Part shown: one piece after another, positions 38,698 to 46,658 of the stretch | Layout of the letters: each line of letters opens with the position of its first letter | Numbering within the stretch: position 1 is the stretch's first letter | IMG/VR virus record: IMGVR_UViG_3300024229_000651 | Source: a virus | Taxonomy: Duplodnaviria > Caudoviricetes | Direction: 5' to 3' (one strand) | Length of the DNA: 64,000 nucleotides | Program-made: the position numbers and the translations under genes | The notes under the pieces: generated by a model | Told to the model about the DNA's origin: nothing | Databases searched by the model: none | What the model saw: the letters and a program-made list of their open reading frames with translations, nothing else

Positions 38698-39508
38698 TTT
38701 TAAATAATGTCCCAGTGTTATATAAATTTTCTATATCTGACCATTGATATTCAGTGGATGCCATATAGCGTAGACTTACTCTAGTTGCATCCGTCGTTGT
38801 AACTTTATGATAGGACGATAAATTAATAATGTACGGACAGTCATACGCATATTTTGTACCAACAATTTCAAGGTCGTCTTTCCACAAGTCCTCATCCAGA
38901 ACTTGATCTAGTGACCTAGATACTCGTATACTTTGCTCTGTTTCAGAGTCTGTATCATTTTCCATCATTTGCATCATTAATTTTTCTTCTAAATCCTGTA
39001 ACCGTTTTGATGTTTTAGCAAATTCTACTTTAGTATTTTCTGCATCTTTTATATACAACGGATAATTTACAGAATAGTTATACCGAGTTCTTGGACAAAA
39101 AGAATGGTAAGACTTTTCAAACTCTTTAGTAGACCATGCTTGAGGGAAGCCTTCTCTATGCCATGGAGTGTTACCCGAAAATGTAATCAGCGTAACAGGC
39201 ATCATTGTCCTGCCATGAGCTATAGGATAAATATCGCCCATTATATCTGAATTATAGGTTTTGTCGAAATGTTCCTTCATCGCATACATTATGTCTTTAT
39301 CTAAAATAAAGCCTAAAACAGACACATCGCGATATTTCTGTTGTGTTTCTTTAGCACCAATCCCCCAACCAACTTTGCCGGTCATTGTACCGCCTGGTGG
39401 GGCTGTTCTGGTTTCTAATATTTCGTAGTCTTGATCCGTAAACAAATCTGCATGTGTAAATGGTAGCGAAATATTGGGTAAATCTATAAATGCATCTTTA
39501 TGCAACAT
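38690..39508 (-). CDS. Putative 2OG-Fe(II) oxygenase-like (DSBH) protein, paralog C
   Basis: PWHREG...SVNY...YIINLSSYHKV...RVSLR; N-terminus (LPFT..DLFTDQDY) matches paralog A. Confidence 0.5.
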   Translation of the reverse strand: MLHKDAFIDLPNISLPFTHADLFTDQDYEILETRTAPPGGTMTGKVGWGIGAKETQQKYRDVSVLGFILDKDIMYAMKEHFDKTYNSDIMGDIYPIAHGRTMMPVTLITFSGNTPWHREGFPQAWSTKEFEKSYHSFCPRTRYNYSVNYPLYIKDAENTKVEFAKTSKRLQDLEEKLMMQMMENDTDSETEQSIRVSRSLDQVLDEDLWKDDLEIVGTKYAYDCPYIINLSSYHKVTTTDATRVSLRYMASTEYQWSDIENLYNTGTLFKNA

Positions 39509-39547
39509 ATGTAATTACATCCCGTGATTGTTATCCTCATATGAGGA

Positions 39548-39623
39548 TGGTGGAGCTGGAGGGGATCGAACCCACGACCTTCTGGATGCAAACCAGACGC
39601 TCTCCCTACTGAGCTACAGCCCC
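39548..39623 (-). tRNA. tRNA-Ala(TGC)
   Basis: 76-nt cloverleaf, TCTGG-TTTGCAT-CCAGA anticodon arm, G3:U70, encoded CCA. Confidence 0.97.
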
Positions 39624-39631
39624 ATACCTTA

Positions 39632-39844
39632 TTATTTATTCGGATCTCCCCACGGGGTGGACTCTTCGATGGCATCTTGAGCACACTGTATATAGTCTTT
39701 GTCTTCCTCTGTCAACACAGACCAAAACTTGCTGACAGTAAGTGTGTGTTCATAAACTTCTAGTGGGTTTTCTAGATGGTAATCGCTTTCCATCCAGGCT
39801 TGCAATTGATCCATTCTATCATTAATCTTTTCTTTAAGATTCAA
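39632..39844 (-). CDS. Small hypothetical protein
   Basis: 70-aa ORF between tRNAs with AAGGA SD. Confidence 0.65.
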   Translation of the reverse strand: MNLKEKINDRMDQLQAWMESDYHLENPLEVYEHTLTVSKFWSVLTEEDKDYIQCAQDAIEESTPWGDPNK

Positions 39845-39860
39845 AACAGTTCCTTAAAGT

Positions 39861-39936
39861 TGGAGCGGGTAACGAGGCTCGAACTCGTGACCTCAACCTT
39901 GGCAAGGTTGCGCTCTACCAACTGAGCTACACCCGC
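39861..39936 (-). tRNA. tRNA-Gly(GCC)
   Basis: 76-nt cloverleaf, CAACC-TTGCCAA-GGTTG, encoded CCA. Confidence 0.97.
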
Positions 39937-39942
39937 ATGTCA

Positions 39943-40230
39943 CTATTTATTTCGCTTAACCCACAGATGCCCGTTCTTCTCGGCGTCATGGAATACTGTA
40001 GCTGTGACAAAGAATGCCCCGACAACTAACAGGTGTCCTCCCACACTGTAGATTCCGTAGTAAATCGTATAGCCTGCCCATGCAGTAAATACTGCTGACC
40101 ACATTACAGACAAATAAAACATCAGAATAAATTGTGTATACGGACTAGGAATATGACGTAATGGGTTGTACTTTAGATTAAAAAAGTAATTATAAAGATC
40201 GTAAATTGCAAATCCAAGTTTCTTAAACAT
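39943..40230 (-). CDS. Small membrane protein
   Basis: 95 aa, two hydrophobic helices, AGGAG SD. Confidence 0.7.
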   Translation of the reverse strand: MFKKLGFAIYDLYNYFFNLKYNPLRHIPSPYTQFILMFYLSVMWSAVFTAWAGYTIYYGIYSVGGHLLVVGAFFVTATVFHDAEKNGHLWVKRNK

Positions 40231-40251
40231 TGATGTTACTCCTATTATGTT

Positions 40252-40341
40252 TGGCCGAGAGGGAGGGATTCGAACCCTCGGTACGTTTTCACGTACGGTT
40301 CCTTAGCAGGGAACTGGTTTCAGCCACTCACCCACCTCTCG
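40252..40341 (-). tRNA. tRNA-Ser(GCT)
   Basis: 90 nt, long variable arm GTACGT-GAAA-ACGTAC, GTTCC-CTGCTAA-GGAAC, G73, CCA; C1:G72 pair. Confidence 0.95.
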
Positions 40342-40354
40342 TATGTAAGATTAC

Positions 40355-40383
40355 ATTATACTAGTTATCAATGTTTGTGTCAA
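40355..40383 (-). promoter_or_regulatory. Perfect sigma70 promoter for the tRNA cluster
   Basis: TTGACA-17-TATAAT ending 13 nt before tRNA-Ser. Confidence 0.85.
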
Positions 40384-40412
40384 GAACTATTTAAAGTGAT
40401 AAATATAACATT

Positions 40413-41441
40413 ATGCCAAGACTTAGCCTATGGAATCAACACAAGACAAACGATCACAACTTTATAGATAATTTAGTTGGTGAGAGTATTAATGCCGGTG
40501 GAACGGGTGTATTCGTACACAAGTACATAGGCACTTACAAGGACGACACTAGTAGTAGTATTGGGTCCGGTGATACGTATATACAAGATGTACTATTCTT
40601 AGAAAATCGAGATAGAAAGTACGATCAAAATATATACGAGTTACGTGGTGCTTATAATATTGCTGATCCCGAGTTTGACCTTACACAATTCGGTTTATTT
40701 GTTGCAGACCAAGGGCTAAGTATGACTTTTCATATGAATACCATAGCAGAAGTATTAGGTCGAAGGTTAATGCCAGGAGATGTGCTTGAGTTACCTCATC
40801 TACGTGATGATTTATTGTTGGATGGTGGGGAAGCAGTAAACAGATTTTTTGTAGTAGGCGATGCTGGAAGACCAGCTGAAGGATATGATGCTAGATGGTG
40901 GCCTCATTTGTGGAAGGTTAAATTAGCAAACATTACAGATAGCCCAGAGTATCGAGATATATTAGGAACAGGCGCAGAGGCTGATGATTTAAGAAACATT
41001 CTCAGTACTTATAGCACAGAAATTGCTATATCAGACAAAGTCTTAGAATTAGCAGCAGAAGAAGTGCCGTATGACGGCGGCTATTATGAAGGTGGTCACC
41101 TTTATGTAGATCCTGACAGCCGCGACAAACCTGGTGTATATTTCCCGGGTGATGGCGAGCCGCCAAACGGTGTAAGTATTGTAGGTAGCGGTGAAACTTT
41201 TCCGGTTGCTGCTAATAACGAAGACTATTTTTTAAGAACAGACTTTTCACCTCATCGACTTTTTCAAAAGTCTGGTAATACATGGAAACGTATTAGCGAC
41301 GACAACAAGAAAGTCTGGAATGCTGCAAACCGAGTACTCACATCGTTCATTAACAATGATACTATCACAATAAATACAGACGGCACACAGAAGCCTGAGA
41401 AAACAAATTTAAGTAAGGCTGTTAAGCCAAAGGCGGACTAG
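40413..41441 (+). CDS. gp14: Neck/head-closure protein (gp14-like)
   Basis: FLENRDRKY, FDLTQFGLF, LMPGDVLELPH; precedes gp15-like gene; GATAAATA 40398-40405. Confidence 0.75.
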   Translation: MPRLSLWNQHKTNDHNFIDNLVGESINAGGTGVFVHKYIGTYKDDTSSSIGSGDTYIQDVLFLENRDRKYDQNIYELRGAYNIADPEFDLTQFGLFVADQGLSMTFHMNTIAEVLGRRLMPGDVLELPHLRDDLLLDGGEAVNRFFVVGDAGRPAEGYDARWWPHLWKVKLANITDSPEYRDILGTGAEADDLRNILSTYSTEIAISDKVLELAAEEVPYDGGYYEGGHLYVDPDSRDKPGVYFPGDGEPPNGVSIVGSGETFPVAANNEDYFLRTDFSPHRLFQKSGNTWKRISDDNKKVWNAANRVLTSFINNDTITINTDGTQKPEKTNLSKAVKPKAD

Positions 41442-41444
41442 CAC

Positions 41445-42854
41445 ATGGATTATTGGTACGACGAACAACTAAGAAGATATCTTTTGCAGTTTATGCGAAT
41501 CTTCGGAGGCTTTCAGGTTAAGGAAGGCAAGCGAGACGGTGTCGAGTACTATAATAAAGTGCCTGTTAGATATGCCGATATGAATCGAATGGTTGCTCAC
41601 ATACTAAAGAAGGGCAGCGAGAACATGGTAAACAGTACACCGTTTATATCTTGTAGTATTTCGTCATTACTTATCGCCCGGGATCGAGCGGCTGATCCGT
41701 TACTAGTTGACAAAGTGCAAATTGCAGAAAGACAGTATGACGATGATGCTGGGGAATATGTGGGGCAAGACGGCGAAACTAAATTTCCAGGAAATCTTTA
41801 TACTACAGATAGATACATGCCTGTTCCGTATAATTTAACCATGAACATCGACATATGGAGTGGCAACACTGATCAAAAATTACAATTACTCGAGCAAATA
41901 TTAATACTGTTTAACCCAAGCCTAGTACTTCAATCAAGTACTAACCCGTTAGACTGGACTAGTTTGTTCGAAGTCGAGTTAACAGACATTCAGTGGAGTA
42001 ATAGAAGTATGCCAGCTGGTGTCGATGAGACAATCGACATTGCGACTTTAACATTCACTCTACCTATTTGGCTTAATCCGCCTGCGAAAGTTAAACGACA
42101 AAAAATTATTAACACAATCGTTACGAATATAACAGACACTAGCAGTATCAACGACTTGGGCTATGATGAGGACATTTATGACTTTTTCAGAACCTTAGAC
42201 AAGCAATTTCAATTACATACTATTAGCCCTAACAACTATCGTCTAGAGGTTGTAGGCTCAGAAGCAACATTATATAAAGATAACGGAACAATATTAGCAA
42301 ATTGGAATGATTTATTAGAAGTTTTAAGCCCGCAAGGAAGTTCGGGAACAGCAGATACGCAAAATGTTGACCTGGACGACATACCATTAACGCCTGGCAG
42401 CACCATTCAATTGAATTTATCTAATAATGTATACGACACAGATCAACAAATAACAGGATCTGTGGTCCGAAACACTATTGACTCAACAAAATTAATATTT
42501 ACACTTGACCAAGACACATTACCTGCTAATACACTGACTAATTTAACAAGAATTGTCGACCCAGTTGCTAGTTTTCCAGGTGACGGTAACTTAGCTGCTG
42601 TAGCAACTGGACAAAGATACTTGTTAACTAACGAAATACAAGGAAATGTCTGGGGTATTACTGCATATACCAATGACATTATCGAATATAACGGTGCTGC
42701 ATGGGATGTAGTATTTGACTCTCGTATGCAATTAGATAATACGCACTATATAGAAAACACATACACAAACAAACAATACAAATGGGAAGATGCACAGTGG
42801 ACGAGCTCGCACGAGGGAATTTACAACCCGGGATACTGGATCCTAAATGTATAA
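41445..42854 (+). CDS. gp15: Tail sheath stabiliser/terminator (gp15-like) with C-terminal extension
   Basis: YWYDEQLRRY, KVPVRYA, VPYNLT, QLLEQILILFNPS, TLTFTLPIWL. Confidence 0.8.
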   Translation: MDYWYDEQLRRYLLQFMRIFGGFQVKEGKRDGVEYYNKVPVRYADMNRMVAHILKKGSENMVNSTPFISCSISSLLIARDRAADPLLVDKVQIAERQYDDDAGEYVGQDGETKFPGNLYTTDRYMPVPYNLTMNIDIWSGNTDQKLQLLEQILILFNPSLVLQSSTNPLDWTSLFEVELTDIQWSNRSMPAGVDETIDIATLTFTLPIWLNPPAKVKRQKIINTIVTNITDTSSINDLGYDEDIYDFFRTLDKQFQLHTISPNNYRLEVVGSEATLYKDNGTILANWNDLLEVLSPQGSSGTADTQNVDLDDIPLTPGSTIQLNLSNNVYDTDQQITGSVVRNTIDSTKLIFTLDQDTLPANTLTNLTRIVDPVASFPGDGNLAAVATGQRYLLTNEIQGNVWGITAYTNDIIEYNGAAWDVVFDSRMQLDNTHYIENTYTNKQYKWEDAQWTSSHEGIYNPGYWILNV

Positions 42855-43273
42855 AAGCCTGCGGTGCAGTGTTTCTGTCGCTCGACACCGGGCGTTGCCT
42901 ATTACAACTACGCAATAGTAAAAAGAAACATAGACATACCTGGGGATTTTTTGGAGGTATCATCGATTCGGGTGAATCTCCATACGAGTGTCTCCAGCGT
43001 GAGTTAACTGAAGAGATGGGTTTTGTCCCAGAATTGCATAAACTAAATCCACTCGATACATATCAAAGCAAAGACAAGAGATTTATGTACTATAGTTTTG
43101 CATACATAGTAGATAAAGAGTTTATGCCAACATTAAACAACGAGAGTGCTGGGTATGCTTGGGTAAACATAGGTGTATGGCCCAAACCGTTACACGAAGG
43201 ATGTAAAGCAACACTAGAAAGGAATTCTGGGACTACTAAACTACACACTATACTGTCTATTAATAACCAATAA
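42782..43273 (+). CDS. Nudix hydrolase (start uncertain)
   Basis: GGIIDSGESPYECLQRELTEEMG Nudix box. Confidence 0.85.
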   Translation: MGRCTVDELARGNLQPGILDPKCIKACGAVFLSLDTGRCLLQLRNSKKKHRHTWGFFGGIIDSGESPYECLQRELTEEMGFVPELHKLNPLDTYQSKDKRFMYYSFAYIVDKEFMPTLNNESAGYAWVNIGVWPKPLHEGCKATLERNSGTTKLHTILSINNQ

Positions 43274-43281
43274 ATAGTAGC

Positions 43282-43905
43282 ATGAAAGAAATAATTGATT
43301 TCACTGCTGCTCGTATAGAGGCAGAGTTAAACAAATTTCAAAAAAACAAGCGTATACCAACTGTATTTATAGATGGTACTTACACCATTGCTGATGTAGA
43401 AAGCGTATTTGATAAATTATCAAAAAAACATCAGCGCATTGCAATAAAGTTCATAGACCATTTCAAAGAAAATATTGCAGAGAGTTCTGAGCAACTATCG
43501 GAGAACTTTTTTAAAGATTACCAATCGTTTATACAAGATCAGCGGACTAGAGATGATGGTTGGGCATTTCCAGCAGTTATGTCTAGGTTTAGAGACAATA
43601 TTAATCCGGTTAGGGCAGTAATATACGATGCTAGAGAAATAGTGAGATCGTATTCTAGTGAAAATCCGCGACACATTTGGATGCATGCTATACTTACAGA
43701 AAATGAATTTCATAACAGGCTGTTAGATGCGATTATAACTGACCGAAAGCGAGTAGATAAGATTTTAAATGCATACTTACCGTTGTATAATGGAGCAGAT
43801 TTGCCCGAGCCATTACAAATGATACATCTTCGAAGATTACGAACAGATTTATTAGAATATGCAAACACTATTATAGAATTAAAAAACTGGGAACCGGAAG
43901 AATAA
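43282..43905 (+). CDS. Hypothetical helical protein
   Basis: 207 aa; AATAAATA GTAGC ATG. Confidence 0.7.
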   Translation: MKEIIDFTAARIEAELNKFQKNKRIPTVFIDGTYTIADVESVFDKLSKKHQRIAIKFIDHFKENIAESSEQLSENFFKDYQSFIQDQRTRDDGWAFPAVMSRFRDNINPVRAVIYDAREIVRSYSSENPRHIWMHAILTENEFHNRLLDAIITDRKRVDKILNAYLPLYNGADLPEPLQMIHLRRLRTDLLEYANTIIELKNWEPEE

Positions 43906-43906
43906 T

Positions 43907-45979
43907 TTATTTTGTGGTTGCTATAAATATTCCGTCCCAGTCTGCAGGCAACTCTTGTGTTTTCATATACTCGCAACGCTCAATCCACATGTCGTAGTAA
44001 CCTGCCATTTTGCCGTTAAACTCCTTTTTAAGATCATTGCAGTATACTATAGCGGTATCAAACATTTGATCTTTGTATGCTTCATGCATTTTTTCATGGA
44101 CTTGTTGTGGCATTGCCCAGTCTGTATTAGTCATCATCCAATCCATTTTACACAATACAGTGTATATAGAAATGCCAACTGTTTTTCCTTTAACTGCTAA
44201 GTCATCTACCTTTAAATAAAAGAAGTCATCCTTAGTTTTTTCGTATGTGCTGCCGCCTACTAGTAATAAGCACCCGTATTCTTTGCACTTAGACTCAATT
44301 CGTGCGGCAGTTGATACAGCATCTCCAAGTACATCATAACTATGTCTGCTTGTAGAGCCCATCTCACCGAGATAACCAACGCCAGTGTTAATGCCAGCCC
44401 CCATACCAATTGGAGGTCTTCCCTCTGCTGTGATCTTATCATTAAATTTCTCCACTGCTGTTAACATGTCCAAACCGGTTTGCACTGCTGAGTGTTCATG
44501 CTTTGCATCATCGTTTGGTGCATTGTGTATATGCATACTTGCATCACCTATGTACTTGATAATCATACCGTCTGCATCAAGTACAGGTTGCGTGATAGCA
44601 TCCATATATCCATTCATTAGTTTTGTGAGTCCTTGTACATCATCTCCAAAACTTTCACCTAATGGTGTGAAGCCACGCAAGTCTGAAAAGCATATTGATA
44701 TCTCTCGCTTCATGCCTTCTTTGATCAACGCAGGATTTTCTTTTAACATACGCACCACTGTAGGCGAACAATATCCAGCAAATTGTTTTTCAATCTCTTG
44801 TCTTAATTTAAACTGTATCCAGAAGTTGTTAAAACTTGCCTGTGTAAAGATTAAGAATGCACTTATTGCAGGAAAAGTAGCATCAAATAAAACTAAGTTT
44901 GCTGTATAAGAATGTATAGTATAATAAGCAATAGACCCTATAATGCTTACTGTAGTAAACAATCCTGCCCATACGGGCAACTTATATATTGCTAGAGCAA
45001 CTAATATCATGCTCAACAACGCACACAGAAGCTCTGTAAGCAACGATAACTCGGACCTGGTAATATTACTACCGTCTATAAAGTTTTGTAGCATAGACGC
45101 TTGTATGTGCTGTGGTAATGTGTTGCCTACCGGAGTGGGCACCGGATTGGCAACACCTTCTGCACTCACACCCACTATGACAAACTTTCCACCTAAGTCA
45201 GGCAGTTCACTTGCATCTACATATTCGTATTCTTCAAATGTATTGTTGAACCGTATATATGCAGTCCCGTTTGGCTGTGTCACTATTGGGTCAAAAGGCG
45301 GCACAGCAAATTCCTGTATTCCTATCTCACTAGTTTTTAGTATGTAACTCGGCTTACCTGTATAAGTCCTTAACATCTCAATAGCAAAACTAGGGTATAT
45401 CTTTCCCTCTACTCCAATTGCTAATGGGTAGGTCCTTGTTTGGTTATCTGGCTGTGGCGCAGAAGCAATCACTCCAATACCAGCAGAAGTATTTTCTAGT
45501 ATCTCAATATTTTTTACAATATTCGGCCAAGTCAGCAGGTAGTTAGTAGCAGACACTGGTCCTATAGTTGCTGTACCGATATGAGGAGCTGAAGTTCTAA
45601 CGCCTTTAGCAGATGGTGCTTGGCTTAGAACTACGCCGTTGTCAGTCATCCAACTTGCTAAAACTTCATCTCCGCCGAATCTATCTGCTTCTGGGAACAT
45701 GAAATTTAAACCAATTATACCTGCATTATGATTTCGCAAGTCCGATATTAGTTGTGCAAAATTCTGTCTTGGCCAGGGCCATTGTCCCCACTGTTGTAGG
45801 CTTTTTTCGCCAATGTTTATTACTACAACTTCGTTGCTTTGTTTAACTTCATCTAATTGTTGATAGTAATCGAATGTCTGTGAACGCAGACTTTGAACTG
45901 GGACGGGATCAGCAACTCGTAGAGTTGTCAATAGTAATACAGATATTGCTACGGCCCACCCGCTTAGTAACCATTTCAT
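43907..45979 (-). CDS. CHASE2-domain class III adenylate cyclase
   Basis: N-terminal anchor, CHASE2 motifs (QWGQWPWPRQ, FPEADR, PTPVG), 3 TM helices, FSDLRGFT, KYIGDA, GINTG, YDVLGDAVSTAARIES. Confidence 0.92.
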   Translation of the reverse strand: MKWLLSGWAVAISVLLLTTLRVADPVPVQSLRSQTFDYYQQLDEVKQSNEVVVINIGEKSLQQWGQWPWPRQNFAQLISDLRNHNAGIIGLNFMFPEADRFGGDEVLASWMTDNGVVLSQAPSAKGVRTSAPHIGTATIGPVSATNYLLTWPNIVKNIEILENTSAGIGVIASAPQPDNQTRTYPLAIGVEGKIYPSFAIEMLRTYTGKPSYILKTSEIGIQEFAVPPFDPIVTQPNGTAYIRFNNTFEEYEYVDASELPDLGGKFVIVGVSAEGVANPVPTPVGNTLPQHIQASMLQNFIDGSNITRSELSLLTELLCALLSMILVALAIYKLPVWAGLFTTVSIIGSIAYYTIHSYTANLVLFDATFPAISAFLIFTQASFNNFWIQFKLRQEIEKQFAGYCSPTVVRMLKENPALIKEGMKREISICFSDLRGFTPLGESFGDDVQGLTKLMNGYMDAITQPVLDADGMIIKYIGDASMHIHNAPNDDAKHEHSAVQTGLDMLTAVEKFNDKITAEGRPPIGMGAGINTGVGYLGEMGSTSRHSYDVLGDAVSTAARIESKCKEYGCLLLVGGSTYEKTKDDFFYLKVDDLAVKGKTVGISIYTVLCKMDWMMTNTDWAMPQQVHEKMHEAYKDQMFDTAIVYCNDLKKEFNGKMAGYYDMWIERCEYMKTQELPADWDGIFIATTK

Positions 45980-45984
45980 AATAA

Positions 45985-45992
45985 TATTTATC
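45985..45992 (-). promoter_or_regulatory. Late-promoter motif 5 nt before cyclase ATG
   Basis: GATAAATA TTATT ATG. Confidence 0.65.
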
Positions 45993-46488
45993 GTATCTTA
46001 CGGCAGGTATTACTGGCTTCGAACCACACATCAAAGTTATTAGCAACTACGGCTGTCATCATGTAATTTATTCCTGCTAAGTCTGCGTCAGTTACAATGT
46101 CGGTCTTATTAGTATGCCATAGTGTAGGAGCAAGTAACACTAATTTCAGTCCTAGTATGTCGGTTGCAGTTGGCGATTTGCCAAGTATAGGATTGACTTC
46201 TTCTACACAGCTATATTGTAATGCTCTGTCACTTGTGTACACATCTAATACTTGTAACGCATAGAATAATGACCATGTAAGTTTAGATGCTGGTTCTTTT
46301 AATGATGGTAAGTTTAGTTCAACCTGTGGAGGATATTCATATGTAGGTTGATTAACTTGATCTAATACTGCTTGACTGTAACAACAAGTATCGCCTGCAT
46401 TAATGAAGTGTATTTGACTCTTAGTTAAACTAATAGCATAACTAGACGAGGAAAGTAAACTTATAACAACAACAATACACCATTTCAT
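45988..46488 (-). CDS. Secreted/membrane hypothetical protein
   Basis: Signal-like N-terminus MKWCIVVVISLLSSSSYA; start reset to ATG 5 nt after GATAAATA (46494-46501). Confidence 0.65.
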   Translation of the reverse strand: MKWCIVVVISLLSSSSYAISLTKSQIHFINAGDTCCYSQAVLDQVNQPTYEYPPQVELNLPSLKEPASKLTWSLFYALQVLDVYTSDRALQYSCVEEVNPILGKSPTATDILGLKLVLLAPTLWHTNKTDIVTDADLAGINYMMTAVVANNFDVWFEASNTCRKIR

Positions 46489-46507
46489 AATTTTATTTAT
46501 CAAAAGA

Positions 46508-46531
46508 AAAAGCACACCTAGGTGTGCTTTT
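46508..46531 (-). terminator. Intrinsic terminator after the monooxygenase pair
   Basis: Perfect palindrome AAAAGCACAC-CTAG-GTGTGCTTTT then TCTTTT on minus. Confidence 0.75.
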
Positions 46532-46658
46532 ATTAGTTAGTAAGCCGAACTTGCCGGCAGTGTCCATACATAATTTTTATCTATGGCTAAAGTACATTGT
46601 AACTTCAAATCCAAGTCTTATATTTTCATAAGTTGGTTTAGTCCACATAGTAGTCTCC

